Source: an uncultured virus (IMG/VR IMGVR_UViG_3300023710_000222)
Taxonomy: Duplodnaviria > Heunggongvirae > Uroviricota > Caudoviricetes
Length of the DNA stretch: 64,000 nt
Virus record (IMG/VR): IMGVR_UViG_3300023710_000222
Reading direction: 5' to 3' (one strand)
Below the pieces are notes generated by a model. It was given only the letters and a program-made list of their open reading frames with translations, was not told the origin of the DNA and made no database searches. Shown piece by piece: positions 1-9,986 of this stretch (positions are counted from its first letter, which is position 1; the number at the start of each line of letters is the position of its first letter). The position numbers and the translations under genes were made by a program.

Positions 1-1281
1 ATGAGAACGAGTCATGTAGATGTCATTTTTGACAAAAGAAAAAGAGTTGCCAAGTGTGGCAAAGGATTGGCTGAGTATCGCCTTTATCTGGCTGATGGGG
101 TCAGAAAGTACATCCCCATCGCTGAAATTACCCCATCTGAGTGGGAGCATTTCACTGAGAGTTTTGTTATCCAGGAACAGATCTCGAAGTACGAACAAAT
201 GCTTTCAGCTATGGAGTATATGGGAAAACCTCTCACCTTGGATAACGTCAATGAGGTTCTTGGCGTTGAAACAAGGAAGACTAAAGCTGAGAAACAGAAA
301 GAAGAACGTGAAAAGAAGGCGAAGTCCAAGAACAGCTTCATCCTATTTTTCTATGACCAGCTGGCAGCAGAGAAGATTCAGCGACGCACCGTACAGGCAC
401 GCGAAGTAGTATATAACTCATTACTTGCCTTTGGCCGCATCAAGAACTTTGAGGACTTGACCCCTGCCAACATCCTCGACTACCACAATTGGCTTCAGAA
501 GGACGGCAAGCGCAAGGCCACTACCCTGAAGCACTATCACAAGCGTCTGCACCGCTATGTGCTAAAGGCTTTTGAATACGGCTATATCGACCGTGACCCC
601 TACAAGCTTGTGAAGATACCTACTGGCCAATATGAGGAGCGTCGCCCTCTTAATGAGGATGAGATCAACCTACTTCGCTCCCTGCGCCTTCCCCTGAAAG
701 AGGAAAAAGCCCGTGACCTCTTCATCTTCTCTTGCTTCACTGGTCTTGCCTACTGTGATGCACAGCTCTTCGATTTCCACACAATGACAGAGAAGGAAGG
801 TGACCTCTATTACATCGATGGAAAGCGTCTGAAGACTGGCTCCACTTTCTACACTCCCATCCTCGAACCTGCTATGGAGGTGCTGCAGAAGTACAACTAC
901 CGCTTACCCCGAATGAGCAATCAGAAGCTCAATGACTACCTTCACTTGGTTGAGAGCCGTGCATGTCTGAATAAGAAGATGACTTCTCACGTTGCCCGTC
1001 ACACCTTTGCCACCTGGGTCCTGGCACACGACGTACCCATTGAGAACGTTACCCGTATGCTTGGCCAGAAGGATGTCCGCACGACTCAGGTGTATGCCAA
1101 GATCCTCCCCACCACCATTCAGCGGCACGCAGAGACTTTGAATAAAAGCATCAAGAGCCGTCCGACAAGACCAAAAGCAAGGCCGAAGCCACAGCCACAA
1201 CCACAACCTGAAGCCGTCATTCAGCCCGTCAACACCTACAGCTACTCCTACGACAACAATTCACTTTACATAATTTTGTAG
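1..1281 (+). CDS. int: Tyrosine recombinase / integrase, Bacteroidales type
   Basis: FSCFTGLAYCD, R-x-KT, HVARHTFAT and LGQKDVRTTQVYAK boxes; SAM-like middle domain. Confidence 0.92.
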   Translation: MRTSHVDVIFDKRKRVAKCGKGLAEYRLYLADGVRKYIPIAEITPSEWEHFTESFVIQEQISKYEQMLSAMEYMGKPLTLDNVNEVLGVETRKTKAEKQKEEREKKAKSKNSFILFFYDQLAAEKIQRRTVQAREVVYNSLLAFGRIKNFEDLTPANILDYHNWLQKDGKRKATTLKHYHKRLHRYVLKAFEYGYIDRDPYKLVKIPTGQYEERRPLNEDEINLLRSLRLPLKEEKARDLFIFSCFTGLAYCDAQLFDFHTMTEKEGDLYYIDGKRLKTGSTFYTPILEPAMEVLQKYNYRLPRMSNQKLNDYLHLVESRACLNKKMTSHVARHTFATWVLAHDVPIENVTRMLGQKDVRTTQVYAKILPTTIQRHAETLNKSIKSRPTRPKARPKPQPQPQPEAVIQPVNTYSYSYDNNSLYIIL

Positions 1282-3107
1282 AAAACACCTTTCATCTTCC
1301 GCGACATTCCATTTTCCGTGAATGTCGCGGTTATTTTTTCACAAATGTAACGGAAGCCGTCAATATGGAAGATGGCTCGTGGATTAGGTACGTGGTCAGA
1401 CAGGAAGGAGAATGTGTACTTCTTCTTCAAGTCCACGTTGTATGCCGGATAGTTGATGGCATCCCGCCCATCGAACCGCAGGGATGACGGATATTGCCTA
1501 TAATGCCAGTTGGCATCTATCATGATAGTATCCACCCAGGGCATCGGCACCTCGTTCTGCGGCACCTGTCCATCCCAATAAGCCAGGTATATCTTATCGT
1601 AGTATTCCTTCACGCCCTGTTTCTCCCCCTGTGCAATCATTGCCAGCGGAAACGGATTCACCAGCTTGGAGGCATCGTTTGCTCCAAGATTGTCCTCTGC
1701 CGTCTCGTCGTAGTTGTTCATCTGTAGGAACAGCATGAAGCCGTGTTCCGCGTCCGTCTCATCCAGCCATGCGGGAACCATCTTCAGCTCATCGACCTTC
1801 TCATCCTCTTCACCCGTCATGCTGCGGTCACCGAATATATTGATGGGAACCGGAGCATAGTTGCGAGAATAGACCCAGTATGAGCCACTTGGCTGCACCT
1901 CCCCATTCTGAACTACCACCCCTTCCCTCGTCACCATCGACGTATTGCGGAAAGCGAAGTACGTATCCACTGAGCGTACATAGTGGATGGCGTTGATGAG
2001 CTGCATGTTCTCTTCCTGTTCCTGACTGTCGTTATACTGCATGATCAGCGTATGCAGGTCATGGCAGGTACTGAGGAAATCGTTCATCGTCGCGTATGTC
2101 CTCACCCTGTCCCACAATGTCCTCAGCACCCACGGGCTGGAATAATACTTCCAGGCATTGTGGTCGCAGTCTGCAAACTGCCTTTTCCTTGCAGGCAGGA
2201 ACTTGTCATTATTCTCCGAGGATATATCCACCTTATACTCATCAATGACCGTCTCGATGACCTCATCATACAGCTCATGTATGATGCTGGAGGTATATTT
2301 GAACGTCACCACCTTGTTCTTGTGGTCGATGTCAAATTCCGCATTCAGCAGCCGTTCAATCTGACTGAGCAGTTCCGTAATGCTCCAATGCGGCATCGCT
2401 CGGGCAAATGAATACACTTCCCATGCCCCGGGCAGTGTATTACAGATGAGGATAAACCGATGGTACGACTGTTCCCAATCCGTAAAGTCGTAGGTATATC
2501 CCATCGCCATCAGGATCTGCTTGACGGCATAGATAAGGAACGGCTGGAAAGACAGGCGCATCGAGTTCTGTCCGTTGCCGTATCGATATACCCAGGTGTA
2601 GTTCCCATGGTCGCCATCATACCTTGCTTCATTCTGTATGTTGCCCGAATAGCTGTTGACCCACGGCAAGGCAGTATAGGTGATGAAGTTATCTCTTATT
2701 GCCCACACTTGGCCGGGCGCGAAGTTCCTTGCCAACCCTCTCGGGTACTGGCCCCACTCAAATTCATTGATGAAGGTATTGTCAAAAGTACGCTCGAAGT
2801 TCTGCGCCGAGCGTCCTTCCAGGAACTGTGTCTTCACCTCCTTCTCCGTTACCTCCGTGATGGTGACAACACCGCTTCGGTACAGTGAGCCGTGCATCAG
2901 GACACAGTCATATACCGTTGTGTCCTTGGCCACGTCCTTTCGGTCAATGTTACCGAAGATGGCGCGGTTCTGCGGACAGTCGGCCAGCGGAAAAGTCATT
3001 GTCAGCGTATAAGAATCGCTGCCTGTGAACAGTCTGTTCTCTGAGATATAATCGAAGCTGCTCCCCTTCTTCAGGATGGCTTCCTTGTCATCTATCAGTA
3101 TAGTCAT
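1266..3107 (-). CDS. Putative phage tail protein, 613 aa
   Basis: Long ORF directly downstream of the tape measure gene; function from position only. Confidence 0.55.
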   Translation of the reverse strand: MTILIDDKEAILKKGSSFDYISENRLFTGSDSYTLTMTFPLADCPQNRAIFGNIDRKDVAKDTTVYDCVLMHGSLYRSGVVTITEVTEKEVKTQFLEGRSAQNFERTFDNTFINEFEWGQYPRGLARNFAPGQVWAIRDNFITYTALPWVNSYSGNIQNEARYDGDHGNYTWVYRYGNGQNSMRLSFQPFLIYAVKQILMAMGYTYDFTDWEQSYHRFILICNTLPGAWEVYSFARAMPHWSITELLSQIERLLNAEFDIDHKNKVVTFKYTSSIIHELYDEVIETVIDEYKVDISSENNDKFLPARKRQFADCDHNAWKYYSSPWVLRTLWDRVRTYATMNDFLSTCHDLHTLIMQYNDSQEQEENMQLINAIHYVRSVDTYFAFRNTSMVTREGVVVQNGEVQPSGSYWVYSRNYAPVPINIFGDRSMTGEEDEKVDELKMVPAWLDETDAEHGFMLFLQMNNYDETAEDNLGANDASKLVNPFPLAMIAQGEKQGVKEYYDKIYLAYWDGQVPQNEVPMPWVDTIMIDANWHYRQYPSSLRFDGRDAINYPAYNVDLKKKYTFSFLSDHVPNPRAIFHIDGFRYICEKITATFTENGMSRKMKGVFYKIM

Positions 3108-3148
3108 ACCTTAAATCTTTTACGTGCGCGTGTGCGCGAATCATTATA

Positions 3149-6100
3149 TTATCTCTGTGAGCGTGGTGTCTTGTTCCGCATCAGGTTATCATATTCCTCC
3201 TGAGCCTGTTTCGTCCCCTTATCCCCCTCAACCGTGTTGACAGTGACAAACGGCTCATTCAGTCTGCGGTTCAGCTTGTCAATAGCCGATGAATAAGAAG
3301 CGATGGCCGCTGCCGTTGCCGCCATCGTCTTCTGCAAGCGTCCGTCCGTGCTCTGACTGGCAATGACAGCCGGAGCCGTTATAGAGCGCGAGACATCTTC
3401 ACTGCGCAGTGTACCGATTGTGTTGGTTCTCTGCGCATAGTCCAGCGCATCAATCATCGGACGTGCCACTGGCGAATTGACCAGCGCCTGTGAAGCCACC
3501 CATTCCCCTGCATGGACTACGCCAACTTCCATGTCCTTCGGTCCCTTGGGCGTATAGCCACCTTCGGCATATCCCTGTGCCTCCGATGCCTGTTGCTGTT
3601 TCTTGATGGCCGCTATCTGTATAGCACCTGCAGCCACGGCCATAGCCGCTGCAATAGGTGCCAGGATATAGCCAATCATAGGCACCTGTGCCGCAGAACT
3701 GTAGGCATTGATAGCCGCCATCGCCGTCTGTGCCACGGCCTGAATCACCTGCATGGCAAACATCTTTCGGTTTGCCTCGTTCTTCATCTTGGCTATCTCC
3801 TGTTCCTTCTCCCGTTCCAGTTTCTTCACCTTGTACGTATTCCCCTCGGCAAAGGAGATTTCAGCATCGTAGCGACGTGTGATGGCCGCAGTCTGTATCT
3901 CCAATTCAGACTGTATGATGTCCGACAGTCCGCTGAAGATGCTGCTCATGCCTGACACAATCGTATCGAAGCTTTCAAGTATGGCCTGCCCTCCGTCTGA
4001 GTCCATCCATTCGACCACTGCCTGTGTACTCTTCTGCATCCCATTCAGCTCTTCCATGCCATACTTGCGTATCAGTGCAGCCTTGGCTTTCTGATACGCC
4101 TCTTCGATGCGCAGTTTCTCCTTGGCATTGTTTCCGGCAAGGCGTATCTCATCCTGATACACCTGCTGCAATGCCGCCAGATCCTGGGACAATGCCTGCT
4201 GCCTCTCTGCGAGGTTCAAACCGAAATAATCCTTCTTGATTTTCTCTAACTTCTGCTGGTGTTCCTTCTCTTTCTGCTCATACTCCCTGCGTCTGCGCTC
4301 GGCATCAGCCAACAGCTTACTATGATAATCCTTCTCAGCCTGTAGACGTTCCTTCGTTCCTTCCTGATAGATGGCTACGACCTTGCGGGCGTGTTCCAGT
4401 TCCAGCATCTGAAGGGAACTCTGATACGTCTTAGTATCCATTTCCCCATCAATGTACCGCTTCTGAAGGGCTATCCGGCTTTCTTCGTATGCATCATCCT
4501 CTTCCTTTCGGGTACGTTTCAGTCCCGCTTCCGTCTGTGCCCGAAGTGCCTCATAATAGCCAGCCTCGATGCTTATCCTTTCCTGATCCGTGAGGTCTGT
4601 ATGTTCCAGCTTCTTGCGGTTGAACTCCACGGCTATCTCTTCGAGTCGTTTCTGGTACTGTTCATAATCAGCTTCGCCCTTGGCGTAGGCAATTCTGATC
4701 AGTGCCTCTTCCCGCTCTCTCCATTCCTTTTCCTGTTTGAACTTATCGCGGTTCTTCTCGTCCTCGTCTTCATCTTCATCTTCATCTTCATCATCGTCAC
4801 CATCCCCTTCTGCCATCTTTATTGCCGTTGCCTGGTCTGCAAGGGCTTGGTTCTGTGCCGTGAGGTCATCAATGATACGGTTCAACTGCTTCACTTCCTT
4901 TTCAGCCTCTTTGAGCTGAGACCGGAACACCCGATAAGCCGTAGGTGAAGCGTTAGCCTTACCTGCTGCTTCATCGGGATTGAGTCCTTCCAGGTGTTCG
5001 TACAGTAGCGCATCCTGAAGGTTTGTCGGAGCCTCCTTCTGTATCTTGCGCAGACGTTCCTCGGCCTCAGGCAGCTTTGCCAATGCCGCCTGTATCTTGG
5101 CCGTGTTCTTCAGCTGTTCCACATAGATGCCAAGCACCTCGGCGTTATGCCCTATCAGTTCCCCTTCGTCACTGAGGCTGGCGTGGTAGTCCGGGATGAT
5201 ACTTTGCAGCTCCTCGATGGCCTTGCGTCTGTTGTCAATGCTCAAAGTCTCATTCTCTATGGTGGACTTCAGCAGTTCAATACGCTTGATGTCCTCGGAC
5301 GTATTGCGTCTGGCTTCCGACTCAATATCAGCAAGTAGCTTCTGTGCCTTGCTCTGCTTATTGAACGAAGAGACGATGGCCACCCCTGCTGCCACAACAG
5401 CCGCTGCCAGCAGCGCATATATATTTGTCAATGCCGCTGTGTTCTTCTTCAGATCCGTCATAAGAAGGTTCTGTTTGGCATAGTTGCCTGTCAGTTTGGC
5501 CATACCCACCTGCAAGGCAAGATGAGCTGTCTTCAGATGCGTGACGACAACCTCATACGCCTTGGTAGCCGTTGTGGTGATGGTGGTCCAGGCATTGAGA
5601 GCCTTCAGTTTGATGGTACTCAGGTTCACCACTACGGCATAGGTGGCAATGGCAGCTGTTGTAGAGACGATTGCTTTGCGATGTTCCGATATGAATGTCA
5701 CTGTGGTACTGAGGAAGCGCAAGGTCAATGATGTAGAGGTATAGATATGCTTCATCACCGGAAGAAGCTTTTCGCCCAGCTCCACAGCCAGCTCATTGAC
5801 CCGCTTACGGGCTTTCTCAATACCCGCCTGTGCCGTGTTGTTCTGGATATCGTACATCTGTGTGACCTTGGTCGCACTGTCGAAAGCCTTCTGTGCCTCT
5901 TCCTGCTCCCACTTCACCATGTCAATGTTATTGGCCAGCGTAGCCATGACCTGTGAGGCACGTGCTCCGTTTTCACCCATGTCCTTGAAGACTGGAGCCA
6001 GTGCGTCCATGTTGCCAATCTCCTTGAATCGTTCAAGAATCATGATGAAGCCAGCGTTGGCATCCTCGGCCATGACCTTCTTGAACTGCTCTGCATTCAG

Positions 6101-7168
6101 GTTCAATGCCTTGGCAAACTTATCACTCTCCTTATAGGCATCCATAATCAGCTTCGACACAGCCGTTGCCGACATCTCCGCTGCCTGTCCGTTGGCATCG
6201 AGGACGGCACCGATGGCGATAAGCTGCGGCAGTGTCATCCCTGCAGCCTTACCCACACCACCCATACGGCGTGCGAAGTTAGCCAGGTACTCACTTCCAG
6301 CCGTACAGTTCTGGGACAGTTCTGTTATCGTTGAACCGATGGCCAACAGTGCTTGTTCCGTGCCAAGTTCATCCTTGATACCGAAGATGCTACTCAACTT
6401 GGAGAGGACAAGTGTTGCCCCGTCACCGATGTCAGCGAGTGCCACATTGATCTGGTCGGCACCACGGACATAGCCCATGATATCCTCAATTGTCTTCATG
6501 CCCAGCTTACCTGCATCCTCAGCGTACTTATTCAGTTCGATGAGCGATGTTCGGGTGTTCATCTTCTTCATCTCCTCGTTCAGTTCCTTGACCTTTTCCA
6601 TTGGCAAGGATGTGAACTTACTGACATTTGCCATCTCCTGTTCCAGTTCCGCGTAGGCATTCACGGCCGAGCGTCCGGCCATGACAAGGCCAGTCACTGC
6701 AGCAGCAGCCGTGGCGATGGTTGCTCCCCATTCGTTGAAGCCCCGGTTCAACCGTTGCAGCAGGGATTCCGACTGTCTGAGTTCCGCGTTTACGCGGTCA
6801 ATCTCAGCCTTTACCCTCTGGATCTTCTGCACCTGGATATTCCATGCTTCGCTGTCCCGCTCTATGCCGTTGAGCTGGCGGCGAAGCACTGTCAGGGTCT
6901 GATTCAGCTGCTTGGGTGTTGCCCGGTCCAGGCGTCGCAGGACATCTTCTGCCGATGCCGTTGCTGACTGAATCTGTTTGATTTGTGCGTTGGTCTGGTT
7001 GAGTTCCTTTTGGAGGCGTTTCAGCGTGGCCTTGTCCCCGCTGCGACGGGCTTTGTCAATGGCCGCTTCCAGCTGCGTGGCCTTCTGTTTGAGGTTATCC
7101 AACATCTCCTGAGCCTGTCGGCCATTGACAGTGAGGGTGACTGTAGCGTTTGTGTTTAGTTCGGACAT
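3149..7168 (-). CDS. Phage tail tape measure protein
   Basis: 1339 aa, Ala/Glu/Gln-rich and helical; TP901-like core (ELEQEMANVSK...GQAAEMSATA); C-terminal GYAEGGYT...VGVVHAGEWV motif. Confidence 0.9.
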   Translation of the reverse strand: MSELNTNATVTLTVNGRQAQEMLDNLKQKATQLEAAIDKARRSGDKATLKRLQKELNQTNAQIKQIQSATASAEDVLRRLDRATPKQLNQTLTVLRRQLNGIERDSEAWNIQVQKIQRVKAEIDRVNAELRQSESLLQRLNRGFNEWGATIATAAAAVTGLVMAGRSAVNAYAELEQEMANVSKFTSLPMEKVKELNEEMKKMNTRTSLIELNKYAEDAGKLGMKTIEDIMGYVRGADQINVALADIGDGATLVLSKLSSIFGIKDELGTEQALLAIGSTITELSQNCTAGSEYLANFARRMGGVGKAAGMTLPQLIAIGAVLDANGQAAEMSATAVSKLIMDAYKESDKFAKALNLNAEQFKKVMAEDANAGFIMILERFKEIGNMDALAPVFKDMGENGARASQVMATLANNIDMVKWEQEEAQKAFDSATKVTQMYDIQNNTAQAGIEKARKRVNELAVELGEKLLPVMKHIYTSTSLTLRFLSTTVTFISEHRKAIVSTTAAIATYAVVVNLSTIKLKALNAWTTITTTATKAYEVVVTHLKTAHLALQVGMAKLTGNYAKQNLLMTDLKKNTAALTNIYALLAAAVVAAGVAIVSSFNKQSKAQKLLADIESEARRNTSEDIKRIELLKSTIENETLSIDNRRKAIEELQSIIPDYHASLSDEGELIGHNAEVLGIYVEQLKNTAKIQAALAKLPEAEERLRKIQKEAPTNLQDALLYEHLEGLNPDEAAGKANASPTAYRVFRSQLKEAEKEVKQLNRIIDDLTAQNQALADQATAIKMAEGDGDDDEDEDEDEDEDEKNRDKFKQEKEWREREEALIRIAYAKGEADYEQYQKRLEEIAVEFNRKKLEHTDLTDQERISIEAGYYEALRAQTEAGLKRTRKEEDDAYEESRIALQKRYIDGEMDTKTYQSSLQMLELEHARKVVAIYQEGTKERLQAEKDYHSKLLADAERRRREYEQKEKEHQQKLEKIKKDYFGLNLAERQQALSQDLAALQQVYQDEIRLAGNNAKEKLRIEEAYQKAKAALIRKYGMEELNGMQKSTQAVVEWMDSDGGQAILESFDTIVSGMSSIFSGLSDIIQSELEIQTAAITRRYDAEISFAEGNTYKVKKLEREKEQEIAKMKNEANRKMFAMQVIQAVAQTAMAAINAYSSAAQVPMIGYILAPIAAAMAVAAGAIQIAAIKKQQQASEAQGYAEGGYTPKGPKDMEVGVVHAGEWVASQALVNSPVARPMIDALDYAQRTNTIGTLRSEDVSRSITAPAVIASQSTDGRLQKTMAATAAAIASYSSAIDKLNRRLNEPFVTVNTVEGDKGTKQAQEEYDNLMRNKTPRSQR

Positions 7169-7196
7169 GGTGCGATGTGTTGTGTTATAATCGCTG

Positions 7197-7232
7197 CAAA
7201 GCTACCTATTCTTCCGCGCAAGCGAAAAGACA
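7197..7232 (-). promoter_or_regulatory. Putative late promoter of the tape measure operon
   Basis: Minus strand TGTCTTTTCGC-N17-TAGCTTTG. Confidence 0.7.
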
Positions 7233-7636
7233 GCTTTAGCACAAAAACGGCCATCGGCTACCTCTTTCCCCGCAAAGCCGGGAACCATGATAAGGCTCAG
7301 AAACGGGCATTTTCGACATGCCCGAAAAGCCTGTATTCATGCGGCTTTGCGGCCATTTTTAGCCATCAATTTTTCACGATTCCTTCAATTTGTCCTAAGT
7401 TGAAGTACCTTAACTTGCTAAAAATGAGTTTTCTGGGGGTGTCGGGGGAATGAAAATTCCCCTGACTTCGCGCTATGCACCCCCCGACCGCCCTGCCTTC
7501 GCCCCTCCCTCTCGCCCTCCTTGACCTTTGCGGAATATGTAGGCGGTCTCTTTGAGAATACCCCCTTCTTGGTCTCAATGCGTTGGCTTGTCTTGTTGGT
7601 CTCATTGTTGCCGCCACCTTCAAACTTGCCGCCCTT

Positions 7637-8060
7637 GGTCTCATATCGTTGGACTTGCCTTGATGGTCTCACAATAACCTCCCGCCCTCTCACGCGCTCA
7701 CGCGCTGACCACCGCCACCCCGAAAACAGCCTTTAGGGTCTCATATCGTCATAACCGCCTCAATGGTCTCACAATAGCCTCCCGCCCTCTCACGCGCTCA
7801 CGCGCTGACCACCGCCACCCCGAAAACAGCCTTTAGGGTCTCATATCGTCATAACCGCCTCAATGGTCTCACAATAGCCTCCCGCCCTCTCACGCGCTCA
7901 CGCGCTGACCACCGCCACCCCNNNNNNNNNNATCGTCATAACCGCCTCAATGGTCTCACAATAGCCTCCCGCCCTCTCACGCGCTCACGCGCTGACCACC
8001 GCCACCCCAAAAGCCGCCTTTATGGTTACAATTCGTCATAACCGCCCCAATGGTCTCACA
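7637..8060. repeat. 100-bp tandem repeat, at least 4 units, interrupted by an assembly gap (N 7922-7931)
   Basis: CCCGCCCTCTCACGCGCTCACGCGCTGACCACCGCCACCCC recurs at 7681, 7781, 7881 and after the gap; two GGTCTCA per unit. Confidence 0.95.
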
Positions 8061-8263
8061 GCAATTCCCCACTTTCACCCTCTCACACATACCCGACAGC
8101 CGCCACGACAGCCCCGCACGACATCCGAAAACGCCCCTTTGATGGTCTCAATGCGACTTGTGAACCCTCGCGCCTCTGCCGCTTGTGCTTTTGTCATCTT
8201 CGAGCCGCGAAGCGCGGTGGTGGCCTTTATGCGTGGAAAAGATGTGTGTGGCAGTCAGCCACT

Positions 8264-8272
8264 TACATTTGC
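8264..8272 (+). promoter_or_regulatory. Bacteroidetes -7 promoter element ahead of the structured region
   Basis: TACATTTGC matches TAnnTTTG. Confidence 0.45.
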
Positions 8273-9310
8273 AGTGTCTCACGGCTCAATACCCATTGAG
8301 CGGTAAAGAGACATTGGGGCCGACTGAAAGGAGGATTGCAGCGGGAAAAGGTGGCAGCGAGTGGCCTGGCTCCAGGCTTCGCCGTCCCTTTTCAAGCTGC
8401 AACGATAAGGCTTTTCATCCTGAAGTGCCTTATCGCCACTATCTAAATTCTTTCCTCTCTCCCCTTCCGAATACCACACGGATGCCAAGGTAAGTCAGCG
8501 TTTAGGCTATGCCGTTAAGAACGCCGACCTGCCTTGGTATTGGTGTGCGTATTGGACGGGGGCTTTGGAGGCACACTTGTATGCCTTCGTCAAGTGAGGC
8601 CTTGCCTCATGGAGGGTGCGGCATTTGAGCCGCTGGGAGGTGACGAGTGCCTTGCCCTGCCGTGTGCTGCTTGTCAGCCACAGCATGACAAGGCTTTCGT
8701 GGGTATTGTTCTATAGCAGCTTATCTTCGGGACGTGGATTTTCCGCCCATGCCATTTGCGTGGACGATTGCGATGCCCGGCAATGAGGCTGGAAAATCCA
8801 CATCCCAGAAGATGTGCTGCAGAACTGAGAAAGAGCCATTCGGCTTATCATGTCATTAGGCTTCAGCCCAATGATGTTGATGTGCCAGGAATGGCTTTGA
8901 TGGTGCGGCATTTATGCCGCTGGGAGGTGACGAGTGCCTTGTTTTGCCGTGCGCTGCCTGTCAGCCCACAGCAATGCAAGGCTTTCGTGAATAACCTGTC
9001 CCGAGGCTCTTCTTCAAGTACAGACTTGTCTATACTTCGGAGATGTGCCGAGGGATAAGTAGCCCTTGGGCTTTTATCAGGCATCGGCTCTTGCCGTCGT
9101 GCCTATGTGGTGGCCGTCACAGACAGAGGTGGTACTTGCCTACGGTGTGTGCTGCCTCTTGCGTGGCCGTAAGCAAATACCCCTCCGTCCGTGACGATGT
9201 GCGGTGGCGGCACAGACAGCAAGAGCAGATGGGGTTCGCGGGTGGGATTAAGCACTCTTCTTTCCTCTTTCAATAGGAGCCATCCGCCCCAACACTGGAG
9301 CGGATGACAC
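8273..9310 (+). ncRNA. Candidate large structured ncRNA (or structured ssDNA region)
   Basis: Back-to-back long imperfect hairpins, a duplicated ~87-nt module (8615-8701, 8902-8989) and no credible ORF. Confidence 0.5.
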
Positions 9311-9335
9311 CTGCACAAACGGCACAGCCACGTAC

Positions 9336-9959
9336 TCAGAGGACTCTGAATACATGGCCGTGCTCACCCATCGTGTAGTCAGTCATGAATAGATCACGTG
9401 CGAAAGCCTTATAATCAAAGTAACTTGACAAGCTTCCCATCATGTTATCGATATTGTAGCAGTCATTCACAAGCTGCTCAGCGAAGTCCTCCTCACTGTC
9501 CCACTCACCGCAGTAGGCTTCCTCAAAACTATCGAAGTCATCATCACTGCGAGTATCCATGTAGTCATCGAAAGCTTCTTGCCGTGATTCGTCCATTTCG
9601 GCGTACTTCTTTATTTTATCGAATGTCTCTTCATCCATGCAGCTCTCCGAGTACCAATCACGAGGGAAGTTCTCATAGTCCTGGAACATCAGTTCAGGAT
9701 CCTCTTCATCGCGGTGCAACAGTCGGCACACTTCCATGAACTCGTCGTAGTCTTTGAATGAGGCCAGATCCAGCCAGGCGCCGTCAATGCTGCCCTCATT
9801 GTATTTACGGTATGTCCCACAATAAACAGCGGGATTGCCTGATGTGTAATCGTAGCCGTGTTCACGGATGCGTTCATCAGCTTCCAGAGCCTCGCCCAGC
9901 TTGACTGTTACGAACTCCTGTTCAAGTTCTTGTTCGGAAAATAGATTCTTGTCTTGCAT
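9336..9959 (-). CDS. ardA: Antirestriction protein ArdA (acidic DNA mimic)
   Basis: VYCGTYRKYNEGSIDGAWLDL, ELMFQDYE and YFDYKAFARDLF motifs; very acidic. Start moved to the ATG at 9959 (MQDKN). Confidence 0.9.
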   Translation of the reverse strand: MQDKNLFSEQELEQEFVTVKLGEALEADERIREHGYDYTSGNPAVYCGTYRKYNEGSIDGAWLDLASFKDYDEFMEVCRLLHRDEEDPELMFQDYENFPRDWYSESCMDEETFDKIKKYAEMDESRQEAFDDYMDTRSDDDFDSFEEAYCGEWDSEEDFAEQLVNDCYNIDNMMGSLSSYFDYKAFARDLFMTDYTMGEHGHVFRVL

Positions 9960-9986
9960 AACTTTGATAATGTTTGGGTTAATACT

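Noticed and set aside
4757..4800. (TCTTCA)n run in the tape measure gene as a phase-variation switch
   Set aside because: The 6-bp unit keeps the frame and simply encodes an Asp/Glu linker
7637..8060. CRISPR array interpretation of the 100-bp repeat
   Set aside because: Whole units are repeated with no unique spacers, and there are no cas genes in the window
8022..9318. Short ORFs across the hairpin tract
   Set aside because: Overlapping on both strands, atypical composition, no motifs
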